A stretch of DNA of 64,000 nt, taken from contig CANHNH010000001.1 of NCBI GenBank assembly GCA_947461995.1, positions 14,913 through 78,912 of the forward strand. Reading direction: 5' to 3'. The notes beneath the pieces were generated by a model. It ran no database searches. It was not told the origin of the DNA and was given only the letters and a program-made list of their open reading frames with translations. Positions 10,847 to 21,242 of this stretch are shown here, piece after piece. Numbering within the stretch: position 1 is the stretch's first letter; every line of letters begins with the position of its first letter. A program made the translations under genes and the position numbers. The DNA comes from Candidatus Nanopelagicaceae bacterium. Lineage in GTDB: Bacteria > Actinomycetota > Actinomycetes > Nanopelagicales > Nanopelagicaceae.

Positions 10847-13227
10847 ACATCCCCCAAAAGATAAGTAACTACGCCACGATCAATAGATTTTATGGCTTCT
10901 CGGCATTTCTTGTTCAATTCTGGTGAAGCGTTAGCTATTTGGCCTAACAAATCGACCAACTGTTTGGTTGAACGCACAAAATCGCCAACAGACATATCCG
11001 AGCCTTTTAATACTTGATTCAGCGATGTTCCGTTAGCCCATCGGAAGATCATGTGACAAAACCCAAAATCTGGAGCTCTCTGAGTCTTTACACCGACTTC
11101 TATTTCTAGTTCTTCTAACTCGGCCCAGATACGGGTAATTAAGGCAAGGGCATTTGCCACGGTGTCATTCGGGATTTTGGGAGGTAAATCTTCTTGGCTT
11201 CTGGATTCAAATATCATCACAGAAGCAACGCTGATTATTTCCGCGGGCGCGAGTTCTGCGAATACACCTCGACGGATACTTTCAGTTAAGAGTAAATCTG
11301 ATTCAGCGTAAATTTTAGAGAGTATGTAACCTTGAGGAAGCAGCTTCTCTCCCTCGATATACCCCAGCAGAGTGAGAACGTTACAAATTTTGTCGAATGT
11401 TTTTGCTATAACGTGCGTGCGGTTCATTACGCGGTTATTCAAACCTTCATTTTCTCGAATCAATCGGTCAGAACGTTCTGCAAAACGAGCATGCGCCTCA
11501 CGGTCGTTACAGCTATGGCAAGCATGATTTTTCATCGATCTGCGCATCTCATCAATTTCAGACTCCATATGCAATCTCTGCTTGGAATCAAATGTTCTTC
11601 TGCCACCTCTCTTACTTAGTAGAACCTCCAAATCCTTAATCTCTCTGCGGTAACGCGCGTAATCCTTAAAATCTCCTAAATGACAATTTGCTTGCTCTAG
11701 AAGCTCATCAATCGCAATCTGATTTCTTTTTTGTTGTTTCACTAAACCAATAACTGCTCTATCTGCTTGAAATTGAGCAAAAGATGATTCGAGTGATCCA
11801 CGGGCACGTTCGCGTCCAAAGCGAGAAATTAGATTTACTGCCATGTTATACGTAGGTGAAAAAGATGATCGCAATGGGTAGGTTCTGGTTGAAGCTAAAC
11901 CAGCAGCGGTCGCAGAATCTATGCTAGGTGACCATTGAATTACAGCGTTACCTTCAATATCTATACCTCTGCGCCCTGCCCGCCCAGTTAGTTGTGTGTA
12001 TTCACCCGGCGTAACCGGAACATGTGCTTCACCGTTATATTTCACAAGTTTTTCAAGAACAACCGTCTTTGCTGGCATATTTATCCCTAAAGCTAAAGTT
12101 TCAGTTGCGAATACTGCTTTAACTAATCCTCGCTGGAAAAGATCTTCCACTGCAGATTTAAAGCTAGGGAGTAACCCTGCATGATGCGCAGCTATTCCGC
12201 GTTCTAGAGCTTCAAGCCATTCCGAGTGATGAAGAACTTCTAAATCTTCTGGGGCAAGAAACTGCGTATACCTATTGGCGGTTTCTAGGATTTCTTTGCG
12301 TTCATCCGATGTTGTTAATCTAATTCCGGATTGTAGACATTGCTTGACTGCTGCATCACAACCTACGCGAGAAAATATGAACGTGATTGCTGGAAGCAAG
12401 GCCATACGCTGCAGTTTTTCGATAATTTCTGCTCGGGATAATCTGTTTGAATCTTCTATCCATCGTGATTGCCTACCGTGTCTGGACTTTACCTTTCGAA
12501 GTGCTTCATTTTCCAACTTCAAAATTTCGGGATTAATCTGACCGGGTTTTGTAAAAAGATCAATTAACTTATTTCCGATGAGGACATGCTGATATAACGG
12601 AATTGGTCGAACTTCACTGACAATAACATCTATCGTTCCGCGAACTTCTCCTAACCACTCTCCGAATTCTTCGGCATTGGAAACAGTTGCTGATAAGGAA
12701 ATAACTTGAACACTTTCCATCAAGTGAATAAGTACTTCCTCCCATACTGCCCCTCTAAATTTATCTGCTAGGTAATGCACCTCATCCATTACGACCGAAC
12801 CTAAGTTAGTGAGTGTGCTTGAGCCTTGATATAACATGTTACGAAGAACTTCCGTAGTCATTACTAAAATAGAGGCCTCGCTGTTGATGTTTGTATCTCC
12901 AGTTAATAAACCTACATTCGCATTACCAAAACGTTCGACAAATTCTTGATATTTCTGATTCGATAACGCTTTAATTGGAGTTGTATAGAAGCATTTTTTA
13001 CCTTGTTTAAGTGCGAGGAATGAAGCAAATTCGCCTACAACAGTTTTTCCAGCCCCCGTAGGCGCCGCTACAAGAACACCATGTCCATCTTCAACACTAT
13101 TACATGCCGCTATTTGAAAACTATCAAAAGCAAAATCGAATGAATCAACGAATTCCTGCGTTAACGGATGTGTTGATCGTTGCTTTGCCTGAGCAAATTT
13201 TTCAGCAGGTGTAACTACTTCCTCCAT
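10843..13227 (-). CDS. helY: Ski2-like DEVH RNA helicase HelY
   Basis: APTGAGKT, DEVH, SAT, GRAGRRG, DSHCT-like C-terminus; start chosen at ATG 13227. Confidence 0.92.
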   Translation of the reverse strand: MEEVVTPAEKFAQAKQRSTHPLTQEFVDSFDFAFDSFQIAACNSVEDGHGVLVAAPTGAGKTVVGEFASFLALKQGKKCFYTTPIKALSNQKYQEFVERFGNANVGLLTGDTNINSEASILVMTTEVLRNMLYQGSSTLTNLGSVVMDEVHYLADKFRGAVWEEVLIHLMESVQVISLSATVSNAEEFGEWLGEVRGTIDVIVSEVRPIPLYQHVLIGNKLIDLFTKPGQINPEILKLENEALRKVKSRHGRQSRWIEDSNRLSRAEIIEKLQRMALLPAITFIFSRVGCDAAVKQCLQSGIRLTTSDERKEILETANRYTQFLAPEDLEVLHHSEWLEALERGIAAHHAGLLPSFKSAVEDLFQRGLVKAVFATETLALGINMPAKTVVLEKLVKYNGEAHVPVTPGEYTQLTGRAGRRGIDIEGNAVIQWSPSIDSATAAGLASTRTYPLRSSFSPTYNMAVNLISRFGRERARGSLESSFAQFQADRAVIGLVKQQKRNQIAIDELLEQANCHLGDFKDYARYRREIKDLEVLLSKRGGRRTFDSKQRLHMESEIDEMRRSMKNHACHSCNDREAHARFAERSDRLIRENEGLNNRVMNRTHVIAKTFDKICNVLTLLGYIEGEKLLPQGYILSKIYAESDLLLTESIRRGVFAELAPAEIISVASVMIFESRSQEDLPPKIPNDTVANALALITRIWAELEELEIEVGVKTQRAPDFGFCHMIFRWANGTSLNQVLKGSDMSVGDFVRSTKQLVDLLGQIANASPELNKKCREAIKSIDRGVVTYLLGDV

Positions 13228-14096
13228 GTTAGCCCAGCTCTGGGAACGCATTCGGCGCTTATAGGTAGCGCTCCAATTCTTTCTCCATCAGCATACGCCA
13301 CAGCATCTGAATTGATACGTACCTTCTTTGATCTAAAAATGTTAACTTCCGGGTGGTTGACATGCATACCAGAATAAACTGTCGGAAAAACTTTTATGAA
13401 TTCAAGTTTAGAAATCGGATTCAAAACCATGACATCAAATACGCCATCGGTTAATGATGCGTCTGGACAAACTCGCATTCCTCCCCCATAGCTCGAACCA
13501 TTTCCGACAGCTATCAACATAGCTTCCGTGGTAATTGATCTATCATCTAACACAATTTCAAAATGAGATGGCCTAAATACAGGAAGTTCTAGGGCGATTG
13601 CAACATTGTATTTTGCGCGGCCCCTTGGCCATTTCAGCGTATTTGCTTTTTCATTTACCGTGGAATCAAAACCCGATGAGAGTACCGCTCCAAACCATTC
13701 GCCATCAACCAAACCTAAATCTATTGGCTGCGCTGGCGTTGTAGTTACACAATCTAATTCAGATTCAATGTCATCGAGTGGCCAATTCAAGGCTCGTACG
13801 AAATCATTGCCAGTACCTGCGGGTATTACTGCAAAAGCAATGTTTAGTGGGACTACGGCTTGCAGAACGAGATGGGCTAAACCATCTCCTCCAACACAAA
13901 TAACACCTGGACAACCCAAATTCTTTTGCAGAAAATTCCGCAAATCTGTCAGAACGTTGGTTGCAGAAATACCAGTTATTAGCTGATAATCAAGATCATG
14001 TTTTGAAAAATATCCGACAACATTCTTACCAATTACAGCTCCCTTGCCTTGCCCAGAAGTTGGATTAATTACTATCGCCCACCGAGAATCAGGCAC
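13215..14096 (-). CDS. Diacylglycerol/lipid kinase (YegS/Rv2252 family)
   Basis: INPTSG, GGDG, PAGTGNDF, YGGGM, ADGE; GTG start at 14096 overlapping the tatC stop is inferred. Confidence 0.88.
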   Translation of the reverse strand: MPDSRWAIVINPTSGQGKGAVIGKNVVGYFSKHDLDYQLITGISATNVLTDLRNFLQKNLGCPGVICVGGDGLAHLVLQAVVPLNIAFAVIPAGTGNDFVRALNWPLDDIESELDCVTTTPAQPIDLGLVDGEWFGAVLSSGFDSTVNEKANTLKWPRGRAKYNVAIALELPVFRPSHFEIVLDDRSITTEAMLIAVGNGSSYGGGMRVCPDASLTDGVFDVMVLNPISKLEFIKVFPTVYSGMHVNHPEVNIFRSKKVRINSDAVAYADGERIGALPISAECVPRAGLTWRK

Positions 14097-14862
14097 GATC
14101 GGGATTCTTCCTATTTCGACGCTTGTCATTGAGTACAGCGAAGAAACCAGAACCTAGATACAACAAGATTAATGGAATCGCAAGAAACGCCATTGTTAAT
14201 GGATCTGCTGTTGGTGTGAATGCTGCTGTGAATAAAACGATAGAGAAAACCCAAATACGCCAAGGTTTTAATATTGTTTTACCGCTGAGGAACCCAATCA
14301 AATTCAAACTGATGAGAAATACAGGTAGTTCAAAAGCTAATCCGAAGAGCAAAATAATTCTTAGAACAAAATCTAAGTAATCATCAAATTTTACAAGATT
14401 ATTGAGGGCATCTGGTGTAAACCCGAATAGAACCTTTACGGCCGCCGGAAGGATTGAATACCCCAAATAGGCTCCGGAGGCAAAAAATGGTGTAGCTGCG
14501 AAAATGAAAAAGATTGAATTTCTTTTCTCCCTGCCATGCAAACCTGGAGCGATAAATGACCACAACTGGAAAAGCCATACTGGAGCTGCAAGAATTATTC
14601 CCGCGAGGATGGCAACTTTGATCTGCAAATTCAATGGACCCAGAACTCCATTAATGTATAACGAACCACAGTATTCGTTTCCAGACTCCTGTGCGGAACG
14701 CAAATCGCAGACAGGGCGAGCTAGTTCAACAATTATGTCGTTATAAAAATACCAACCCGCTACAGCAGCAACGAGAATGGCAAGAGCGGATCGCATAATC
14801 CGTTTGCGCAATTCACGTAGATGATCAAGCAAGGGCATGCGACCACCAGATGAGGTCGGCAT
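14089..14862 (-). CDS. tatC: Twin-arginine translocase subunit TatC
   Basis: MPLLDHLRELRKR, FIAPGL..E, FELP, TPTADP. Confidence 0.96.
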   Translation of the reverse strand: MPTSSGGRMPLLDHLRELRKRIMRSALAILVAAVAGWYFYNDIIVELARPVCDLRSAQESGNEYCGSLYINGVLGPLNLQIKVAILAGIILAAPVWLFQLWSFIAPGLHGREKRNSIFFIFAATPFFASGAYLGYSILPAAVKVLFGFTPDALNNLVKFDDYLDFVLRIILLFGLAFELPVFLISLNLIGFLSGKTILKPWRIWVFSIVLFTAAFTPTADPLTMAFLAIPLILLYLGSGFFAVLNDKRRNRKNPDRA

Positions 14863-14866
14863 TTAG

Positions 14867-15052
14867 TTATTTCTCGGATGACTCGTCGTTATTTGATTTC
14901 TTATCGTCCTGCTTCATTTCTTTCAACTCACTCTTGAAAATACGCATGCTTTTGCCAAGTGAACGAGCAGAATCAGGTAAGCGCTTTGCGCCAAAAAGAA
15001 CTAAAACAACCAACAGCAAAATAAGAATGTGGCTAGGTTCGCGCAAAAACAT
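14867..15052 (-). CDS. tatA: Twin-arginine translocase subunit TatA
   Basis: TM helix + [24 protein letters not shown]. Confidence 0.95.
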   Translation of the reverse strand: MFLREPSHILILLLVVLVLFGAKRLPDSARSLGKSMRIFKSELKEMKQDDKKSNNDESSEK

Positions 15053-15128
15053 GATTTCTCGCTTTCTAAACGTAAGAATCTACACGTAACTTTATCTCAA
15101 TTGGGGTCAGAACGCACCGCTTATTGCC

Positions 15129-16046
15129 TTAGGAGTACAGATTAAGTGCCTTCTGGGCCCTGGTCGCCACCATCTTTCGAGTATCTAGAGGTTCAACAAT
15201 TACTGCTGAGCCACGAAGGCTACAGACTGTCCTAACAATCCATTCAGAATTATATGCCCTTCTATTAAATTCAACCCCTGCATGCATTTTGGTTGAATCC
15301 TTCACTTGGAAAATCTCGGAAATTTTACGCGCGTTAGAAACAATTTTAATTCGCAGTTCGAATCCATCTTCTACGTTTCTGTCATCTGATAACGAAGCAT
15401 TAATCACCTTTTCGGATTTACGAACTTCTAGAATTCGATCCAAACGGAAGACTCTAAAATCCTGGGTGGTATGACAGTATGAATGAACGTATTCACTATT
15501 TCCCTCTTGTGAAAGAGACAGCGGAATAATGTCTCTGGTCGATATTTCATCGCGCGAATAAGAGTGATATGAAATTTTCACATTTTGATTCATTTTCATC
15601 GCAGAATAGATTATGTTTCTCGTCTCACTCGGGATGCCTGTAGAGATAATCTCAGGTACTGATAACTGAGATCTCGTCAACAATCTAGATAACAAATCTT
15701 TGATAGATGAAGTGTGATTACTTACCTCAGGAATAAAATCACTGATGATACTCAACCCAATAATTATCGCCCCTACTTCAGCGCTTGTTAATTTACGCGG
15801 ATTGCTCAAGATCTCTGCATTTCTTATCGATACAAATCCAGTATCGAAAGATAAATCAATAAGTTCTAGCGGTGTGTAACCAGGTAATCCACACATCCAC
15901 AACGTGTTTAAATCAGCCAAAATTTCAGACTTGCTTGTGCTGAAATCCTCAGCGATCTTGTCCAACGGCACCCCTTGATTTAAAGTCAAATACGGTACTA
16001 AATCAAGCAGGCGAGCAACCTGGCTATCTCCAATAATCTTAACCAT
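15129..16046 (-). CDS. pafC: WYL-domain transcriptional activator PafC
   Basis: ARLLDLVPYL..DLNTLWMCGLPGY..LIDL HTH; WYL domain RVFRLDRI. Confidence 0.88.
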   Translation of the reverse strand: MVKIIGDSQVARLLDLVPYLTLNQGVPLDKIAEDFSTSKSEILADLNTLWMCGLPGYTPLELIDLSFDTGFVSIRNAEILSNPRKLTSAEVGAIIIGLSIISDFIPEVSNHTSSIKDLLSRLLTRSQLSVPEIISTGIPSETRNIIYSAMKMNQNVKISYHSYSRDEISTRDIIPLSLSQEGNSEYVHSYCHTTQDFRVFRLDRILEVRKSEKVINASLSDDRNVEDGFELRIKIVSNARKISEIFQVKDSTKMHAGVEFNRRAYNSEWIVRTVCSLRGSAVIVEPLDTRKMVATRAQKALNLYS

Positions 16047-16980
16047 GGGATTCCACTAAATTCCTCAAGGAAGAAATCAGCGATTGTTTTAGAGATTCAG
16101 GACTGATTACTAGAACATCATCTAAGTGCCACAAGATCAGTGAAATCAAATCATCTGCTGAAGCAAAAGGTAACTCAATTAAATCAAACTCTTCTCCCGG
16201 TTCGATTTTCGATGCGTTGTTTCGCAATTGTGAACCACGACCATGGCGAACCTGCAACTGCGCGTAGTGGATTTCGCCTAAATCATTGAAACTCACATCT
16301 GTCACGTAACCTTCGGGAATGTCATAGAACTGCGTTTTCTTGGACACTATTAAGTCCCCGACAATTCGGTCGCAGCGAAAAGTTCGAACGTCTTCTCTTG
16401 CCAAATCTAGTCCGCTAAAATACCAAAACCCCTTCAACGAAAAATACGAGTAAACATGTACATTTCGAACAACACTATTCATTTCGCTATCAACATATTT
16501 AAACTCAACGGGCTTACGTTGACTTATGCATTCAACTAATTCGCTGAGAAAAAAAGGAGCATTAAGAACTGTTGGTGCAAAAGCCGGCATTTCAGATATA
16601 TCTGCTGGTTTTGCTAATCCCGACAATTTTCTCATAGCTTTCTGAGCTACATCATCGAGGGTAGCATTTTTCCACACTTGAGCTGCGAGAGACATATATG
16701 CAATTTCATTCGCTGTGAATCCATTGCGATCCATCACAAAATTTTCGGAACGTATTCTGTAACCAACTTCATCATCAAATAACGGATCGAGAGCTGACAC
16801 TTCTATTTCAATACCTAAACCACGTAATTCATCTTTATCTCGTTCAAACATACGTTCCATAGATTCTGTGGAACCTTCGTAACCTTCGATTGTTCTAAAA
16901 ATCTCCAACTTGGTTAAATACCGTTTGGTTGCTAATAGCGCGATAACCAAATTTACTAATCGCTCACTCTTCCGCGACAC
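16039..16980 (-). CDS. pafB: WYL-domain transcriptional activator PafB
   Basis: KSERLVNLVIALL..RMFERDKDELRGLGI HTH; WYFSG..RTFRCDRI; GTG start at 16980. Confidence 0.9.
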   Translation of the reverse strand: MSRKSERLVNLVIALLATKRYLTKLEIFRTIEGYEGSTESMERMFERDKDELRGLGIEIEVSALDPLFDDEVGYRIRSENFVMDRNGFTANEIAYMSLAAQVWKNATLDDVAQKAMRKLSGLAKPADISEMPAFAPTVLNAPFFLSELVECISQRKPVEFKYVDSEMNSVVRNVHVYSYFSLKGFWYFSGLDLAREDVRTFRCDRIVGDLIVSKKTQFYDIPEGYVTDVSFNDLGEIHYAQLQVRHGRGSQLRNNASKIEPGEEFDLIELPFASADDLISLILWHLDDVLVISPESLKQSLISSLRNLVESHG

Positions 16981-17815
16981 CGTAAGCACCTTTTGACGGA
17001 CGTCTACGACGGGCAAGCACAGAAACACCTGGCGCCATGCGACGACTGATAATAAGAAATCCTGTATGACCGATCATTCGTTGCATGGGACGCACTGCTA
17101 AACCTTCATGGTGCCAATCTCTCACAATCGTTTCTGAACTAAGAGGCTCAGTAAATCGACCATCTTCTTTTATTGCCTCAGCGGTCGCGGATAATTGAGT
17201 AGTTGTAGCCACATAGGCTAGAAAAACACCTCCAGGGCGTAACACATCAGCTGCATAAGCGATGCACTCCCAAGGCGCAAGCATGTCTAGTACAACTCGA
17301 TCAAATTTTTCTTCTACTGAGGAGTCTTGAACAGAACCGATATTTAGATTCCAATTTGTTGGTAAAGAACCAAAATAAGTACTTACATTCTCCTTGGCAA
17401 TTTCCGCAAAATCTTCTCGGCGTTCAAAGCTTAGGAGTTTGCCTTCAGGGCCGATTGCACGAAGAAGAGAAATACTCAACGCACCACTACCGACGCCTGC
17501 TTCTATGACCTTTGCTCCTGGAAAAATATCGGCTACCCCGATAATCATTGCGGCATCTTTAGGATAAACAATCGTTGCGCCACGTGGCATTGACAGAACA
17601 AAATCACCTAGCAAAGGTTTAAACGCCGTGAATTGCAAACCAGCACTGGTACTGACGACGCTACCTTCTGGTAATCCAATGAGATCGTTATGAACGATCC
17701 AACCTTTATGCGTGTGCCATTCCTTGCCTCGGGTAATAGTGAATGTATACATCTTCCCTTTGGGATCCGTTAATTGAATCCGATCACCTTCAGCGAAGAA
17801 CCCATCATTAGACAT
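16964..17815 (-). CDS. trmI: tRNA (adenine58-N1)-methyltransferase
   Basis: MPRGATIVYPKD, EAGVGSGAL, LDMLAPW, GHTGFL. Confidence 0.95.
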   Translation of the reverse strand: MSNDGFFAEGDRIQLTDPKGKMYTFTITRGKEWHTHKGWIVHNDLIGLPEGSVVSTSAGLQFTAFKPLLGDFVLSMPRGATIVYPKDAAMIIGVADIFPGAKVIEAGVGSGALSISLLRAIGPEGKLLSFERREDFAEIAKENVSTYFGSLPTNWNLNIGSVQDSSVEEKFDRVVLDMLAPWECIAYAADVLRPGGVFLAYVATTTQLSATAEAIKEDGRFTEPLSSETIVRDWHHEGLAVRPMQRMIGHTGFLIISRRMAPGVSVLARRRRPSKGAYGVAEE

Positions 17816-17866
17816 GGGAGTATCTTATGCGTGCGTGTACATAAATATCAGAGTATCTTCGCCTGG

Positions 17867-18619
17867 GTGAACCAGTTAAGGCTCTCTCCAAGTCGGGTCA
17901 ATGACTTCTCGAATTGTCCATTGCTATACAAATATCGCGTGATTGATCAATTACCTGAAGCGCCGAATTTGGATGCTGAACGTGGAACCCTAGTCCACAC
18001 GGTTTTACACGACCTATTCGAATCACCTGCGCAATTACGAACGATCCAAACCGCACTGCACCTGTTGCCTACTCGGTGGCAGGCGCAATTAGAGCTAAAA
18101 CCTGAACTAGCCGTTTTGGTAACTAGTGAAAAAGAATGGTTGGACCGCGCAACATCACTACTCGAAACATATTTCAACTTAGAAAATCCCACAGTCTTTG
18201 AACCTACCCATCGAGAACTTCACTTAGAGCACGATTTATCTGAAGCAACATACCTTCACGGGTACGTAGATCGATTAGATGTTGCACCTACTGGTGAAGT
18301 TCGGATAATTGATTACAAAACTGGAAAATCTCCAAAGCCTAGCTGGGAAGATAAAGCGCTCTTCCAATTACGGGTTTATGCCTTGCTTTATTGGAAAGAG
18401 ACAAATGTCCTTCCCAAGTTGTTGCAATTGATATATCTAGGAGATGGCAATTTACTCAAAAACAGTCCATCAGAATCGGATTTGATTGCTACAGAAAAAA
18501 CTCTCATTCAAATTGCTGAAGCCATCTCATTTGCCATGGAATCTGGCGAATGGAAACCAAGAAAAAGCAGATTATGCGATTGGTGTTCCTTTAAACCAAT
18601 TTGTCCTGCTCATAATTAG
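17867..18619 (+). CDS. RecB-family PD-(D/E)XK exonuclease with Fe-S cysteines (Rv2119/AddB-like)
   Basis: LSPSR..CPL, GYVDRLD, IIDYKTG, QLRVY, CDWCSFKPICP; GTG start 7 nt after TATCTT. Confidence 0.88.
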   Translation: MNQLRLSPSRVNDFSNCPLLYKYRVIDQLPEAPNLDAERGTLVHTVLHDLFESPAQLRTIQTALHLLPTRWQAQLELKPELAVLVTSEKEWLDRATSLLETYFNLENPTVFEPTHRELHLEHDLSEATYLHGYVDRLDVAPTGEVRIIDYKTGKSPKPSWEDKALFQLRVYALLYWKETNVLPKLLQLIYLGDGNLLKNSPSESDLIATEKTLIQIAEAISFAMESGEWKPRKSRLCDWCSFKPICPAHN

Positions 18620-19259
18620 TTTGCAATATCTCGAAATTTAGCTCCTCTAATGATCGGATGACACGCAACCGATTTCTAGGAACTATCTGAACAAAATGCG
18701 GGACAGCAATCGTAAAAGCGCCGCTGGCCGTAGCAGCTTTCACGCCATTTGGTGAATCTTCTAGAATTAAACACTGCGTGATTTCAACACCTAACTTTTT
18801 AGCTGCTTTTAAATAAGCCTCAGGATTAGGTTTCGGGTGAGTTACATCATCTGCAGAAAGTGAGAATTTAAAAGTATGTTCGGGGAACATCGCCAGAACT
18901 GCGTCAACCAAAACTCTAGGACTAGCAGATACCAAGGCTGTACTTACTCCATTTTTCTCAAGATCTTTCATTAAACGCAGCGCACCAGGCATTATTGGCG
19001 CACCTATAGAAAGTTTCTCGCTCATTATCGTCACTATTGTATTTGTAAAAAAATTTGGTGATTCTTTCCCGCCAGTCTTTTCAAACATGTACTGTCCGAC
19101 ACGACTCAGCGGTCCGCCAAGACAATAGCTTTGATCAGATTGGGTCCATGCATAACCAAACTTGGCCATAAGTTCGGTTTCGGATATCAACCACAGTGGT
19201 TCTGAATCAACGAATAGGCCATCCATATCGAAAAAAACTGCGCTATAAAAATCAGACAT
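18591..19259 (-). CDS. HAD-superfamily phosphatase
   Basis: FDMDGLFVDSE, KPNPEAY, EDSPNG. Confidence 0.9.
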   Translation of the reverse strand: MSDFYSAVFFDMDGLFVDSEPLWLISETELMAKFGYAWTQSDQSYCLGGPLSRVGQYMFEKTGGKESPNFFTNTIVTIMSEKLSIGAPIMPGALRLMKDLEKNGVSTALVSASPRVLVDAVLAMFPEHTFKFSLSADDVTHPKPNPEAYLKAAKKLGVEITQCLILEDSPNGVKAATASGAFTIAVPHFVQIVPRNRLRVIRSLEELNFEILQTNYEQDKLV

Positions 19260-19260
19260 A

Positions 19261-20502
19261 TTAGATTGCTATACCAAGAAGAGTATCTAGCGCACGAGAT
19301 AGTTCTCCAGGATTGCCGCCAGTGGCACCCGATTCGGATTGCTTAATCCATTGATTGATTATCATAAATACTTTCTCAGTATCTAGATTCGAAGATAGAG
19401 CATTGATAATGTCTTGAATGACTTGCTGCGTTGGAGCGCATTCAGTCTTTGATAAATGTAACGTCAAAGCGTCTAGAAAAATATCTGAATTTTCTAATAA
19501 TTCATTACTCCACATTCGATCTTTCGAATAACTCTGCATCATTAATGCGCACCGTATGGACATTGGATTTACACCAGAATCAACCAAGGTCGAAACGAAC
19601 TGTAGATTTCCCAAACTTTTGCTCATTTTCTGTCCTTCAAGACCAATCATTCCAGTGTGAACATATAAGCGGGCAAATCTCTTACCTGTTGAAACTCTAG
19701 CTTGAGATGCACTCATTTCATGATGAGGAAATATTAAATCACTGCCTCCACCTTGTATATCTATTAGGTATTCGTCAGACACTTCTGGTTCTAAATATTT
19801 CAATGCAATCGCGCAACATTCAATATGCCAGCCGGGTCTCCCGTCACCGAAAATACTCGACCAACCAGGTTCATTAGGAAGTTGAGCGAGCCACACGAGT
19901 GAGTCCAGAGGATGTTCCTTTCCAACACGATGCGGATCTCCTCCTCTTTCCGCAAAAATCTTTAAAGAATCTGTTTCCGAAAGATTACTTCGTTTGCCAA
20001 ATTCAGGATCTTTCTGAACACGGAAATACAGATCCTTTTCAACTTGGTAAATTGATTGAGCAGCCTCTAATTCTTGTATCTTCTCAATAACAAGCGGTAT
20101 AGCTTCCACGGCTCCGATGTAATTTCTAGGTGGAATCACATGTAGAGCAGTCATATCGCTTCTAAAACGATCTATCTGAGAATTTGCCAAGTCCTGCCAA
20201 TCAACCCCATCTCGATTTGCTCTTTCAAGGAGTGGATCATCAATATCTGTAATGTTCTGAACAAAATTTACCTCTGATTGCATAGCACGTAGATATCTAT
20301 TGATTAGGTCGAAGGATATATACGTTGCCGCATGGCCTAGATGCGTTGAATCGTAAGGAGTTATTCCACATACATATATTCGATAAGTTTTTTTAAAGGG
20401 TAAAACTTCGGTTCTGTGTGACTCGGAATTAAAAAGTGATAATTCAGGAAATACGTATTTGGAATCAATCGTTGGGATATAAACCTCTGGCCACGATTTC
20501 AT
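19261..20502 (-). CDS. mshC: Cysteine:GlcN-Ins ligase (mycothiol biosynthesis)
   Basis: MKSW N-terminus, CGITPYDSTHLGH, GRPGWHIEC, KMSKS; short CysRS paralogue. Confidence 0.93.
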   Translation of the reverse strand: MKSWPEVYIPTIDSKYVFPELSLFNSESHRTEVLPFKKTYRIYVCGITPYDSTHLGHAATYISFDLINRYLRAMQSEVNFVQNITDIDDPLLERANRDGVDWQDLANSQIDRFRSDMTALHVIPPRNYIGAVEAIPLVIEKIQELEAAQSIYQVEKDLYFRVQKDPEFGKRSNLSETDSLKIFAERGGDPHRVGKEHPLDSLVWLAQLPNEPGWSSIFGDGRPGWHIECCAIALKYLEPEVSDEYLIDIQGGGSDLIFPHHEMSASQARVSTGKRFARLYVHTGMIGLEGQKMSKSLGNLQFVSTLVDSGVNPMSIRCALMMQSYSKDRMWSNELLENSDIFLDALTLHLSKTECAPTQQVIQDIINALSSNLDTEKVFMIINQWIKQSESGATGGNPGELSRALDTLLGIAI

Positions 20503-20537
20503 GTTCTAATACTAATGCATCGTTGATTTACTTGGAT

Positions 20538-21242
20538 TTAAAACGCAGGCCACGGTATGGCCGGCCAATCAGTACTCGGTAATGGAAAACTTTTGGTCGA
20601 AATAAGCTCTTGAACTCGCGCTGATAAAGCATTGATTTCGTCACTAGTTAACAAGGTTTGAAAAATATCCCCGTCCCTTGATCGCAATTTAATAAGAAGA
20701 GTCTCTAGCGCATTGATTTCTTCCTTTGATAAATCAGAGCCCGCCCACTGCCATAAAACTGTGCGTAATTTGTTCTCATGATGAAAAGTAACCCCGTGAT
20801 CGCATCCAAAAAGTTTGCCGTCATCACGAGGCAATAGATGACCAATTTTTCGATCGGTGTTATTGATAACAGCATCGAAAAGTGCCATCTGTCTCAATTG
20901 AGGCTCATCTCCCCCAAAGTACTCGGCCAAATCGATGTCGGAATCAATATCTATCCACTCTTGAACCATTCCTACTCCAAAAGGACCGTTTCGCAAGATT
21001 GTCGTTGGAACAATATGTAAATTCATGAATTCACTTATAAGAAATGCTGCATATTCTCGTGAAGCTAAATTTCCATCAGGAAAATCCCATAGCGGTCTCT
21101 CCCCTGCAACCGGCTTATAAATACATTTGAGAACAACATCGCCTAACTGGCAATCCGCAAGCAAAGTTGCATTTGATGCATCAATTAAACGCCCAGACAC
21201 AACAATCGTCCCATTGCGCAAAATGTTCTCCGCAAAACTCAT
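20538..21242 (-). CDS. SCO1664-family protein (PI3/4-kinase-like)
   Basis: YKPVAGERPLWDFPDGNLASRE, NNTDRKIGH, DHG, WPAIPWP. Confidence 0.88.
   Translation of the reverse strand: MSFAENILRNGTIVVSGRLIDASNATLLADCQLGDVVLKCIYKPVAGERPLWDFPDGNLASREYAAFLISEFMNLHIVPTTILRNGPFGVGMVQEWIDIDSDIDLAEYFGGDEPQLRQMALFDAVINNTDRKIGHLLPRDDGKLFGCDHGVTFHHENKLRTVLWQWAGSDLSKEEINALETLLIKLRSRDGDIFQTLLTSDEINALSARVQELISTKSFPLPSTDWPAIPWPAF

Noticed and set aside
15129-16980. Tandem WYL proteins as an anti-phage defence regulator
   Set aside because: Sequence and pafB-pafC-tatA-tatC synteny identify housekeeping PafBC; no defence genes nearby
17867-18619. Cas4-like nuclease suggesting CRISPR
   Set aside because: No cas1/cas2 or repeat-spacer array; it sits at the conserved position next to trmI
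19261-20502. Cysteinyl-tRNA synthetase
   Set aside because: Lacks the anticodon domain; the GITPY/HLGH pattern and gene context indicate MshC
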